Shown: positions 50,565 to 59,054, counted from the first letter of the stretch. The stretch: 64,000 nucleotides of DNA from Caulobacteraceae bacterium (GCA_025352165.1 JANXTX010000110.1:20-64019), one strand, 5' to 3'. Notes: generated from the sequence alone by a model not told the origin. A program made the numbers and translations.

Positions 50565-52505
50565 ATGCACCCCTCGTCGGATAAAATGGGAACCGCGTTG
50601 AGCGTCGGCGCGGCGCGCAAGCGGTTTGCCTTGCTCGCGCTCGGCTCGATGGGCGTCGTGTTCGGGGACATCGGCACCAGCCCGCTTTACGGATTTCAGG
50701 GAGCGGTCACCGCCGCTGCCCATGGCGCGGTGGGCCCGCCGGAGATCTTCGGCATCACCTCGCTGATCATCTGGGCGCTGCTGATCGTGGTGACCATCAA
50801 GTACGTGATGTTCATCATGCGCGCCGACAACCATGGTGAGGGTGGCATCCTTTCGCTGATGGCGTTGGCGCAGAACGCGCTGGGCCGCCGGACGATGGTT
50901 GTGCTGAGCCTGGGCGTGGTCGGGGCGGCGATGTTCTACGGCGACGCGATCATCACCCCCGCCATTTCAGTGATGTCGGCGGTCGAGGGGCTGGAAACAG
51001 TGCCGAGCCTCGCAAACGCGATCACCCCGGCGGTGGAAATCGTCAGTAGCCTGGTCCTGCTGATCGGTCTGTTCATGGCCCAGTCGCGCGGCACAGCCAG
51101 CGTGGCGACATGGTTCGGTCCGATCTGCCTGGTATGGTTTGTTTCGATCGCGGGGCTTGGCTGCCTGCAGCTTGTTCACGAACCAACAATCCTGCTGGCC
51201 TTCCTGCCGACCTACGGGCTGAATTTCCTGATCCACCACGGCGTCATCGGCATGCTGGTGCTGGGCGCGGTCTCACTGACCATCACCGGAGCCGAGGCTC
51301 TCTATGCCGACATGGGCCATTTCGGCGCCGCGCCGATCCGGGCGGCCTGGCTGGTGGCGGTGTTTCCCGCCCTGCTGCTGAACTATCTCGGCCAGGGCGC
51401 GTTCGCCCTGCATTTCCTCGCCGATCCCGCCAACCACGCGGCGGACCTGACGACGCAGAACTGGTTCTTCCTGATTGTGCCCGAGGCGCTGCGCATTCCG
51501 ATGGTCATATTGGCGGCCGCCGCGACGATCATTGCCAGTCAGGCGGTGATAAGCGGCGCCTATTCGATGACCAATTCCGCCATGCAGATGGGCCTGCTGC
51601 CTCGGCTGGTCGTTCGCAGGACGTCGGAGACCGAGGCCGGCCAGATTTACATGCCGACTGTCAACATGCTGCTGATGGTCGGCGTCATTCTGCTGGTGGC
51701 GATCTTCAAGAACTCCGCTTCGTTGCAAGATGCCTATGGCTTGGCTGTGACGGGGACCATGTCTGTAACGACCGCGCTCACCGCGGTGGTTGTGCGCAAG
51801 CTGTGGAAATGGCGTCTGTGGCAGACCGCCCTGGTGGTCGTCCCGCTGCTATCGGTCGATCTCACCTTCTACGGGGCCAACATGCTGAAGCTGCTGACGG
51901 GCGGCTGGGTGCCGATCGCGCTGGCCTCGGGCGTCATCCTCGTGATCGCCACATGGCTGCATGGCAGCGGCATCGTCTCGGAAAAGTCCCGCAAGGACCG
52001 CATTCCGCTTGCTGACTTTCTGGCGTCGATTGGCCGGCGACCCCGGCAGATGGTGCCTGGCACGGCCGTCTATCTGACACCCAATCCGGACCTGACGCCG
52101 AGCGCGCTGCTGCATAACCTGAAACACAATGGCGTGTTGCACGACAAGAACGCGCTGGTGACGGTGCATACCGGCGATATGCCCCGGGTGCCGCCCGACT
52201 CGCGCGCCACCGCGAAGGTCATCAACGATCATTTTGTCGCCGTCACTCTAGAATTCGGCTTCATGGAAACCCCGCGGGTGCCCGACGCCCTGCGGGGATT
52301 GACGGTCGGCGGGGTATCGTTCGACGCGCTCGACACGTCCTATTTCCTTGGCCGGCGCAGCATCGTCGCGGGCCATGACCATGGATTGCGCCGGGTGCGG
52401 GACCGTCTGTTCATCGCGCTGTCGCGCAACTCCGCCGACCCCAGCGAGGTATTCGCCATCCCCGCCGGCCAGGTCATCGAGATGGGTGTGCAGGTCTCGG
52501 TCTAG
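50565..52505 (+). CDS. kup: potassium uptake protein Kup
   Basis: Hallmark GDIGTSPLY motif, 12 TM region and a cytoplasmic C-terminal domain. Confidence 0.9.
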   Translation: MHPSSDKMGTALSVGAARKRFALLALGSMGVVFGDIGTSPLYGFQGAVTAAAHGAVGPPEIFGITSLIIWALLIVVTIKYVMFIMRADNHGEGGILSLMALAQNALGRRTMVVLSLGVVGAAMFYGDAIITPAISVMSAVEGLETVPSLANAITPAVEIVSSLVLLIGLFMAQSRGTASVATWFGPICLVWFVSIAGLGCLQLVHEPTILLAFLPTYGLNFLIHHGVIGMLVLGAVSLTITGAEALYADMGHFGAAPIRAAWLVAVFPALLLNYLGQGAFALHFLADPANHAADLTTQNWFFLIVPEALRIPMVILAAAATIIASQAVISGAYSMTNSAMQMGLLPRLVVRRTSETEAGQIYMPTVNMLLMVGVILLVAIFKNSASLQDAYGLAVTGTMSVTTALTAVVVRKLWKWRLWQTALVVVPLLSVDLTFYGANMLKLLTGGWVPIALASGVILVIATWLHGSGIVSEKSRKDRIPLADFLASIGRRPRQMVPGTAVYLTPNPDLTPSALLHNLKHNGVLHDKNALVTVHTGDMPRVPPDSRATAKVINDHFVAVTLEFGFMETPRVPDALRGLTVGGVSFDALDTSYFLGRRSIVAGHDHGLRRVRDRLFIALSRNSADPSEVFAIPAGQVIEMGVQVSV

Positions 52506-52517
52506 CGGCGCGAGGCG

Positions 52518-53756
52518 CTATAGACCCCTACGAATTGCGTCCCACTCGTTCGAAAGCCGATCACGATGCTCCGGCGCCGCGATGGCGATGAGGGATTGCG
52601 CCCGGCCGTCTAGCGTGGCGCCGCGCAGATCGGCGACGCCGTGCTCGGTGACGACGAGGTCGGTGTCGTCGCGGGGGATGGAGATCGTCGGCGCGTCGAT
52701 GCGGGAGACGATGCGTGAAACGGCACCACGCGCGGCGGTGGCCGGCAGCGCGAGGATCGCCCGTCCGCCGGGAGACCGCCTGGCCGCGCGGGCGAAGTCG
52801 GGCGCGCCGCCCAGCCCGCTCATCAGCCTGCCGCCACGCCACTCGACATTGGCCTGACCGAACAGGTCGACCTCGAGCGCCGAGTTGATGGCGAACAGCC
52901 GCTCCACGCCGATTAGCGACGCGGCGCCATGTGTGACGGTTGCGTCGGCGAATTCGAAGGCGTCTACCGCCCAGCGCACGAACGCGTCAGGCCCCAGCGC
53001 GAGGCCGGTGATGTGTCCATCCGCCGCCAGCGCGCCCGATTCCGCCAGCACCTGATAGGCCGGTGTCACCATGCCCGACCGAATGACCAGATTGCGGCGA
53101 TCTCCCAGCCGCGCCAGTGCGGCGGCCGGCGCGCCGCCGATACCGGTCTGGATGGCGGCCCGGTCGGGGATCAGGGCGGCCAGCCGCTCGGCGATGCTCT
53201 GTTGTTCACCTCCGGCGACCGGCTCGTCGATGTTGATGTAAGGGCTGTCGATCTCGAACGCGTGCTCGATCGCCGAGAAGGGAATGGTCGGACCCCGGCT
53301 CGCCCTTGGCAGCGCGGTGTTGACGAATGCCAGGCGCCGCCTTGCGCGCGGCCAGACGAGGGGTGAGAAATCGGCGCAGGGCCCGAAGGAGCACAGGCCG
53401 CTCGCGTCAGGGGGCGTGACCTGCAGGATCGCAAGGTCGAACACGGGGTCGCTGAGAAACGCCGCGGCAATCTGCGAATAGCTCGCCGGCCGCACAATCA
53501 CGCGTCCGGCCTCGAAGCCCGGGCGCAAGGCCGCCGGCAGCATGAAGGTGATGAACCGCGCGTCCGGATGCAGGCTGGTGTAGTCGAACTCGTTCATGCC
53601 CGGGATCAGGCAGCCGCTAAGCGTAACACCCGCCAGCACGCCCGGATCGGTCGCGAGGATATCGCGAAGGGCCAGCGATTCGCCGACCCCGCCCTGGATA
53701 TAGATTGATCGTCCTGGCCTGAACTCGGCCAGGACATCAGTCGATGAGTGGCTCAC
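52518..53756 (-). CDS. acetyl-CoA hydrolase/transferase family protein
   Basis: The GLGGAPDF motif and overall layout resemble 4-hydroxybutyrate CoA-transferase-like enzymes. The GTG at 53756 overlaps the upstream SDR stop (GTGA). Confidence 0.65.
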   Translation of the reverse strand: MSHSSTDVLAEFRPGRSIYIQGGVGESLALRDILATDPGVLAGVTLSGCLIPGMNEFDYTSLHPDARFITFMLPAALRPGFEAGRVIVRPASYSQIAAAFLSDPVFDLAILQVTPPDASGLCSFGPCADFSPLVWPRARRRLAFVNTALPRASRGPTIPFSAIEHAFEIDSPYINIDEPVAGGEQQSIAERLAALIPDRAAIQTGIGGAPAAALARLGDRRNLVIRSGMVTPAYQVLAESGALAADGHITGLALGPDAFVRWAVDAFEFADATVTHGAASLIGVERLFAINSALEVDLFGQANVEWRGGRLMSGLGGAPDFARAARRSPGGRAILALPATAARGAVSRIVSRIDAPTISIPRDDTDLVVTEHGVADLRGATLDGRAQSLIAIAAPEHRDRLSNEWDAIRRGL

Positions 53757-54670
53757 ACCGGGTCGTAGGGGAAGACGCTGGCGGTCGCCCCGAGATCGGT
53801 GAAGCTGCCCTTCATCGCCGGGAGCGCCTGGTCGAGCAGGGTGCGGGGCGTCCAACCTTCCATCCGCGCCAGCGACTTGACCGGGCGCGGCTGGCTGAAC
53901 AGCACGACCTCATTGCCACGCACCGCGAACACCTGGCCGGAGACGTCCTTCGCCTCCGGGCTGATCAGGGCCACGGCGAGCTGAGCTACCTGATCGGCCC
54001 GCATGGCGTCGCGCATCCGACCGACCCGCTGGGCCGAGGCCTCGTCCTTGACCGGAATGGTGGCGATCATTCGCGTCCAGGCGAACGGCGCGATGATGTT
54101 GGAGCGGACGTTCTTCATGGCCCCTTCCATCGCCAGGATGCGCGAGAGGCCCATGACGCCCAGCTTGGCGGCCGCGTAGTTGGCCTGGCCGATGTTGCCG
54201 ATCAGGCCCGAGGTCGAGGTGAAGTGGACGTAGGAACCTTCCTGCTGGTTGCGGAAGTGCTCCACGGTAGCGCGCGAGACGTTGTAGGCGCCGCGCAAAT
54301 GCACCGCGATCACCGAGTCCCAGTCGGCATCGGTCATCTTGTGGAACATTCCGTCGCGCAGGATGCCGGCCGGATTGATCACCGCGTGCAGCGCGCCATA
54401 GGTCTCGATCGCCTGGGCGACCATGCCCCGGACCGACTCCAGCGATGTAACGCTTTCGGAGTTGGCGACCGCTTCGCCACCCAGCGCGCGGATTTCCGCA
54501 GCGGTCTCTTCGGCGGGGCCGGCGGAGCCCTCGTCGTCACCGGCGACGCCGCCGCCGAGATCGTTGACCACCAACTTCGCGCCCTCGCGGGCGGCCAGTA
54601 GCGCGCATTCCTTGCCGATGCCTCCCGCCGCGCCGGTGATCAGCACAACCTTGCCTTCCAATACGCCCAT
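53753..54670 (-). CDS. short-chain dehydrogenase/reductase (SDR)
   Basis: 305 aa with TGAAGGIG and YAAAK catalytic motifs. Confidence 0.8.
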   Translation of the reverse strand: MGVLEGKVVLITGAAGGIGKECALLAAREGAKLVVNDLGGGVAGDDEGSAGPAEETAAEIRALGGEAVANSESVTSLESVRGMVAQAIETYGALHAVINPAGILRDGMFHKMTDADWDSVIAVHLRGAYNVSRATVEHFRNQQEGSYVHFTSTSGLIGNIGQANYAAAKLGVMGLSRILAMEGAMKNVRSNIIAPFAWTRMIATIPVKDEASAQRVGRMRDAMRADQVAQLAVALISPEAKDVSGQVFAVRGNEVVLFSQPRPVKSLARMEGWTPRTLLDQALPAMKGSFTDLGATASVFPYDPV

Positions 54671-54745
54671 CGTCGCCTCCGTGAATTCTTGCCGTGTCAG
54701 CCGCGCGGTTCTTAGCGCGCGCGCATTGCCGTCGTCGAGACACCC

Positions 54746-55516
54746 TTACAGGGTTTGGCCGTCGTCCAGAACAAACACCGAGCCGGTCAGCGCGCGCGAG
54801 GCGTCGCCGCACAGCATCAGCATCGTCGCGTCGAGGTCATCCTCGGCCATCAGCCGCCGGCGCGGGAAGCCGGCGACCTGCTTCTTGCCGCCCTCCTCCG
54901 CGAACCAGTCGGCATTGAGCTCGGTCTCGATGTAGCCGGGACACACGACGTTGACGTTGATGCCGCGGTTGGCCAACTCGCGCGCCATGCTCTTGCCGAG
55001 CATCGCCACCGCGGCCTTGGAGGCGCAATAGGGCGCCAGGCCCGGCAGGACCTTGACCGCGCCGATCGAGGCCACCAGCACCAGCCGTCCCCGGCCGGTC
55101 TCGCGCGAACCCGCCGCCATCATCCGCCGCGCGCCCTCGCGCGCCGTGAGGAAGGCGCCACGCACATTGATCGCCATGACCTGGTCGAAGTCCTCGACGC
55201 TGATCTCGGTCGAAAGCCCGCGGCTGTTCATGCCGGCGTTGGCAATTACGGTGTCGATGGGGCCGAGCGCCTTCTCCGCCGCGTCGAAGCCGGCGATGAC
55301 CGAGGCCTCATCGGTGACATCCATGGCGATCGCCGCCGCTGTGCCGCCCGCCGCCGTGATCTCGTCGGCCAGCGTCGTCAACCGATCAACCCGCCGCGCC
55401 GCCAGCGCCACCTTCGCCCCGCTAGCCGCCAGAATCCGCGCGAACCGCTTGCCAAGACCGGAAGACGCGCCGGTGACAAGCGCCACGCGGCCGGAAAGAT
55501 CGAAGGATTGGGTCAT
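54746..55516 (-). CDS. short-chain dehydrogenase/reductase (SDR)
   Basis: 256 aa with TGASSGLG and YCASK motifs. Confidence 0.85.
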   Translation of the reverse strand: MTQSFDLSGRVALVTGASSGLGKRFARILAASGAKVALAARRVDRLTTLADEITAAGGTAAAIAMDVTDEASVIAGFDAAEKALGPIDTVIANAGMNSRGLSTEISVEDFDQVMAINVRGAFLTAREGARRMMAAGSRETGRGRLVLVASIGAVKVLPGLAPYCASKAAVAMLGKSMARELANRGINVNVVCPGYIETELNADWFAEEGGKKQVAGFPRRRLMAEDDLDATMLMLCGDASRALTGSVFVLDDGQTL

Positions 55517-55740
55517 GGGTGAAATCTCCTGCCGTCAGTGCGGGCGCGTTATATTGACGTCTTTAGAACTCTGGCCGGCGGCCCGGAAGGGCAGGTTAAA
55601 GGGCGACGGTGAAGCCATGAGTATCAAGGGACCAGGCGATCCCGCAATGCAGGCTCTTCCGATCAAGACTTCTCCGGTCGAACCGGTCCGCGAGATGGCG
55701 ATGTCGCGGCTGTTGGCTGTACTGGAAGAAGGGATGACGC

Positions 55741-55923
55741 TTGGCGGCGGATCGTTTGATCGCAACGCGCCCCATGGAGGCCAGTGAATTGACGGGGGCG
55801 GACAATGGCGATCTGCCGGCATGGGTCGGGACCCTTGCCGGCAGCATCTGGATCGACCCGGACATCGACGCCGTGGGGTCCGAGATCGCGCGCGAGATGG
55901 AGGAGGGCGTGGCCTCGTCCTGA
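55741..55923 (+). CDS. small ORF with antitoxin-like (DUF2281/VapB-like) C-terminus
   Basis: Third-position GC about 88% by hand count over 55774-55923, which is coding-like. The C-terminal GSIWIDPDIDAVGSEIAREMEEG resembles the conserved tail of DUF2281-type antitoxins as I remember them. A possible N-terminal half lies in another frame (55617-55787). Confidence 0.3.
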   Translation: MAADRLIATRPMEASELTGADNGDLPAWVGTLAGSIWIDPDIDAVGSEIAREMEEGVASS

Positions 55924-56104
55924 CGCCATTGCTCGACGCTCAGGCACGATCGTCGTCGCCATTCAGGCTCTGATAGAACGGCTGACCTTCGCCTCCCGCT
56001 CGCCCCGGGTCGGGCAATTGAACGTTGGCTTCAATCGCGGGCTTCCGCATGCGATCAACGGCCGCTCGGAGAGGCCGTTTAAAGGACGCGCGATGGCCAC
56101 GTGA
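55920..56104 (+). pseudogene. possible decayed PIN (VapC-like) toxin remnant
   Basis: LTPLLDAQA (PIN N-terminus-like LLDTxx) is followed by a stop after 17 codons. In another frame, IVVAIQALIERLTFASRSPRV resembles the PIN C-terminal AAxAL...LvTrN segment. The region is only about half the length of a PIN gene. Confidence 0.22.
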
Positions 56105-56217
56105 TGGCCGCGCAATGGCCATGGGACGCTCACCCCTGGCCACATCGTGGCCGCTTCTGGCCTCCAATTGGCCGCTTCCTGGCTGCCTTTGGGCCGCCGT
56201 TTGGCCGCTCCTTGGAC
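56094..56217 (+). repeat. helically phased 11-bp array of TGGCC motifs
   Basis: TGGCC or one-mismatch variants occur at 56094, 56105, 56116, 56137, 56148, 56158, 56169, 56180, 56191, 56202 and 56213. Spacings are 11, 11, 21, 11, 10, 11, 11, 11, 11, 11, all in the same orientation, and the bases between the cores are not conserved. Confidence 0.75.
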
Positions 56218-56408
56218 CGACCCCAGAGTCTAAGTCTCTGGAATATTTGAGAGTTCTTGTCATGCTGGCCACTTTTTTCCGAAACGGTCCCTGCTGGCGC
56301 CGAGATCAAGATCTCAGGTATGCATATTGCAACTCGTTTCGATCTTTTCAAGGCGTGCCCCAGGCTCGCGATTCCAACTTGGATGAGCTGGCGTGCTATG
56401 AGAGCGTT

Positions 56409-56648
56409 ATGGAAGAGGAATCGAACCACCCTGGAGAGAATGACTCCGGCAACGCCTCAAGTGTCTCAAAAACCTCAAAGGTGGAATCCTTCGTCGTGAG
56501 CTATCCGTTGACGCAATCCGAGATAGACTGGCTCAAATTGCAATCGAAGCTTGTCGGCGAGGCCTCGAAGCGGTTTCTCGAGAGAGAAAAGATTGCGTCG
56601 TTCGACGCCTCAAACGCGAAGATCAATCCTGGCGAAGTTCGGAGATGA
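56409..56648 (+). CDS. small ribbon-helix-helix-like protein (copy A)
   Basis: 79-aa ORF whose C-terminal part SFVVSYPLTQSEIDWLKLQSKLVGEASKRFLEREK fits a beta-strand / helix / G-x-S turn / helix RHH pattern. It has a colinear paralogue at 59728..59919 with a conserved ATG. An alternative in-frame ATG lies at 56262. The 3' end overlaps the convergent REase gene by 26 nt. Confidence 0.45.
   Translation: MEEESNHPGENDSGNASSVSKTSKVESFVVSYPLTQSEIDWLKLQSKLVGEASKRFLEREKIASFDASNAKINPGEVRR
56471..56591 (+). repeat. diverged direct repeat, copy A (pairs with 59790-59910)
   Basis: Hand alignment without indels gives about 96/120 identical positions. Weaker similarity extends upstream to about 56393. 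Confidence 0.7.
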
Positions 56649-57453
56649 ACGCCTCAAAAAGCTGAGGCATGTCGCGATAGACCGGGTGCGTACTGAAGTG
56701 GGCGTTGAGGTCTTCCGATATTCGGTTCTCCGACCGAGCATCCTCTTTAGTCGCCGCCGCCCACCGCCGACCCGGATGCAACGTGTCCCACGGAGAGCGC
56801 TTGTTGGCTCTCGTGACTGGATCATCTCCGTGTTTTCCAAGGCCGTAAAGTATGTCGACTTCGCTATTCCAAATGGGCCGGAACAGATGGATGAGATAAT
56901 CTTCCGCCGCTGTCTCCCACCCGGACTGCACGACAAGAAACCTCACCTGAAAGTCACAAATTTTTAGTGTAGAAGTGGCCTTGCCGATATTCTTTCGGTG
57001 GTCGTTTAACCGGGCCGCCAGACGCTCGCCCTGCTCTCGCGCCGAGCGAGCGCCGCTGGCGGCGGGCCCCGCCTTGCCGACATAGACGGGTGATTCCGAG
57101 CCGGACAGCGGCAGATACAGCGGGTAGTCTCCGGTGTAGTAGATTGCGTAAACGCCTGACCCGTAAAACCGTCTTACGGTCTCGAGGGGATGCCGAGTCT
57201 GCGCGACCATCGCCAATGCCGTGAAGCGACCTATGATTTTGGGGTTGCTCGGATCAAAGACCGAGGCCGGCATCGTGACGGGGTCGATTTGCGAAAGCGC
57301 CGCCTCCAATTCGACAATAAGCGCGCGGACCAGGCTGTCGAAGGCTCGGCGACGGGCCGCTGGCAGCGGCTTATTTACGGAAGTTTGGATAAGTTCCGCC
57401 AGTTTTAGTCGAATGGCGGCGGCCTCTTCGCCAAGGAGTGTCGGTTTGCTCAA
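56623..57453 (-). CDS. type II restriction endonuclease, Eco29kI-like GIY-YIG family
   Basis: GIY-YIG catalytic pattern: GVYAIYY ... PVYVGKA ... RLAARLNDHRKNI (R-x3-H) ... AEDYLIHLFRPIWN (E-x11-N), as in the Eco29kI family. A TTG at 57453 overlaps the MTase stop (TTGA). Alternative starts are 57549 (track) or the ATG at 57273 (216 aa). Confidence 0.78.
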   Translation of the reverse strand: MSKPTLLGEEAAAIRLKLAELIQTSVNKPLPAARRRAFDSLVRALIVELEAALSQIDPVTMPASVFDPSNPKIIGRFTALAMVAQTRHPLETVRRFYGSGVYAIYYTGDYPLYLPLSGSESPVYVGKAGPAASGARSAREQGERLAARLNDHRKNIGKATSTLKICDFQVRFLVVQSGWETAAEDYLIHLFRPIWNSEVDILYGLGKHGDDPVTRANKRSPWDTLHPGRRWAAATKEDARSENRISEDLNAHFSTHPVYRDMPQLFEAFISELRQD

Positions 57454-58613
57454 GCCGCGAGCCTCAGTTTCCGCGCCACGTCCCTTCCGATTACCTCGGC
57501 CAGTCGCGGCGGCACCGCGTTGCCCAGTTGTCGCATCGTTTCCGTCCACGACCCATGAAAGATGTAGTCGTCCGGAAAGGTCTGAAGTCGGGCGCTTTCC
57601 CGGACCGTGAAATAGCGAACGACCCCTCCAGGCATCGCGAGCATGTTCTCGCCCCCGGGAACCCCATGGACGCCGGCCTTCAGGGTTTTCGCGGGTTCAT
57701 CGAGGGGGCTACCGGTATGGCCGGGGTAAACTCGCGCTCCGGGCTGGAAACGGTGGTTAGGCACAAGGCGAGAGGCTTCCGGTTCCCATTGAGGGTCGGG
57801 CAGGTCGTCAATCGCGTCGCGCACGGTCGCCCACGGTATGGTCGATGGCTTGCGATCCAGCTTCGCGGCGCGCGCCGTGGCGGCCGGATCGGCCGGGCGG
57901 TCATTGCGAGCCACTTTGTGTTTGTCCCAATAGAAGCCCTCGCGGAACTGAGACCACAACAGCGCGTCCGAGCTGTGCGTGGCGATTGGAAAGCTCCATT
58001 CGAGGTCCAGGTCATCGCGGAATCCGACAAACACCACTCGCTCACGTTTCTGGGGCACGCCATAGTCCGCCGCGTTAAGTACTTGGGCGATGACTCGGTA
58101 ATGCAGACCGTCGCGGACGCCATGAACATGGTGGCGCTCCAGGCGGGCAAGATGCTCGGTCCAGTCCTCTTCGGCGCCGGACACAAGCTCGGGGTGTTCG
58201 AGCTGGAGCTTGATATACTCGAAGTAGTTGCGGAATGACGCGCGCGTCAGTCCCTTGACGTTCTCGAAGATGAACGCCTTTGGCCGCGCCTCGCGCACCG
58301 CGCGAATGGCCTGTGGGAACATATCGCGGGCGTCGTCATGAGCCTTGTGCTTGCCGCCCAGAGAAAATGGTTGGCATGGCGGACCGCCCGATATCAGGTC
58401 CAGCCGATCCTCGAACGGGCTGAAATCCACGTGTCTCACATCGCCCTCGGTCAGCGGCCAATCGCGGACAATGGGATGTTCGAAGACCTGATTTTCGCGC
58501 AGCGTCTCGCAGCAGTCGTGGTCCCACTCAACCACCTTTTGTGGGTGGAATCCCGCCTTGTGCAGGCCCATTCCGAGGCCCCCGGCGCCGGCGAAGAGTT
58601 CGATCGAGTTCAT
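57450..58613 (-). CDS. DNA (cytosine-5)-methyltransferase
   Basis: Motif I ELFAGAGG, motif IV GGPPCQPFS, motif VI FIFENVKGL, motif VIII QKRERV and motif X GNAVPP. The ATG at 58613 overlaps the vsr stop (ATGA). The 102-codon upstream extension in the track lies inside vsr. Confidence 0.92.
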   Translation of the reverse strand: MNSIELFAGAGGLGMGLHKAGFHPQKVVEWDHDCCETLRENQVFEHPIVRDWPLTEGDVRHVDFSPFEDRLDLISGGPPCQPFSLGGKHKAHDDARDMFPQAIRAVREARPKAFIFENVKGLTRASFRNYFEYIKLQLEHPELVSGAEEDWTEHLARLERHHVHGVRDGLHYRVIAQVLNAADYGVPQKRERVVFVGFRDDLDLEWSFPIATHSSDALLWSQFREGFYWDKHKVARNDRPADPAATARAAKLDRKPSTIPWATVRDAIDDLPDPQWEPEASRLVPNHRFQPGARVYPGHTGSPLDEPAKTLKAGVHGVPGGENMLAMPGGVVRYFTVRESARLQTFPDDYIFHGSWTETMRQLGNAVPPRLAEVIGRDVARKLRLAA

Positions 58614-59023
58614 GACTCCAAGAATGTTCTGATTTCGTTCCGAATGAAAGTCTCGTCGCGCAATTGGCATTCCCAGATCGTCAGCACCCGCCAACCCAGG
58701 TCCGCCAAGGCCGCCTCGTTCCGCAGATCCCGTTCCCGATTGCCCTCCAGCTTGGGAATCCAGAAATCCTGCCGTGATTTGGGCAGCCGCGCCAGACGGC
58801 AATTCGGGTCGGGGTGCCGATGCCAGAAGCAACCGTGGACGAATATGACTTTGCGCCGCGAGGCGAAGACGAGGTCGGGTTTGCCGGGAAGGCCGGGGCC
58901 GTGAAGGCGGAAGCGGCAACCCATGGCGTGGACGAGGGAGCGAACTCGCCGCTCGGCCGCACTGCCTTTGCCTTTGACGCGGGACATACGCTCGCTGCGC
59001 TGGGTGGGGGTCAGGGTGTCCAT
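58610..59023 (-). CDS. vsr: very short patch repair endonuclease
   Basis: 137 aa with Vsr motifs TPTQRSERMSRVKGK, PGKPDLVF and VIFVHGCFWHRH. Translationally coupled to the C5 MTase. Confidence 0.9.
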   Translation of the reverse strand: MDTLTPTQRSERMSRVKGKGSAAERRVRSLVHAMGCRFRLHGPGLPGKPDLVFASRRKVIFVHGCFWHRHPDPNCRLARLPKSRQDFWIPKLEGNRERDLRNEAALADLGWRVLTIWECQLRDETFIRNEIRTFLES

Positions 59024-59035
59024 AGCGGAAGAAGG

Positions 59036-59054
59036 ATTCCGGAATTCATTGACA
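59036..59054. promoter_or_regulatory. 10-bp palindrome ATTCCGGAAT next to a consensus -35 hexamer TTGACA in the divergent vsr / PRTase spacer
   Basis: Perfect palindrome at 59036-59045 and TTGACA at 59049-59054. I could not place a convincing -10, so this is only a candidate operator/promoter. Confidence 0.3.

Noticed and set aside
49520-50677. 385-aa minus-strand ORF
   Set aside because: Antisense to the alpha/beta hydrolase gene and the kup 5' end. No motifs.
54755-55522. 255-aa plus-strand ORF, and 55053..55787
   Set aside because: Antisense to the SDR gene, which has TGASSGLG and YCASK motifs. Only the short portion beyond 55617 is discussed, as possible TA debris.
56094-56217. Possibility that the repeat array is a CRISPR array
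   Set aside because: The 11-bp period is far too short and there is no repeat/spacer alternation. No cas genes are present in the window.
56025-56408. N-terminal two-thirds of the 207-aa ORF 56025..56648
   Set aside because: It reads through the 11-bp-period array, giving repetitive W-P-L nonsense. An 11-bp period cannot encode a peptide repeat. Only the part from the ATG at 56409 (or possibly 56262) is considered coding.
58614-58919. 102-codon upstream extension of the methyltransferase ORF
   Set aside because: It lies wholly inside vsr in another frame and is Arg/Pro/Gly-rich. MTase motif I follows immediately after the ATG at 58613, which forms an ATGA overlap with the vsr stop.
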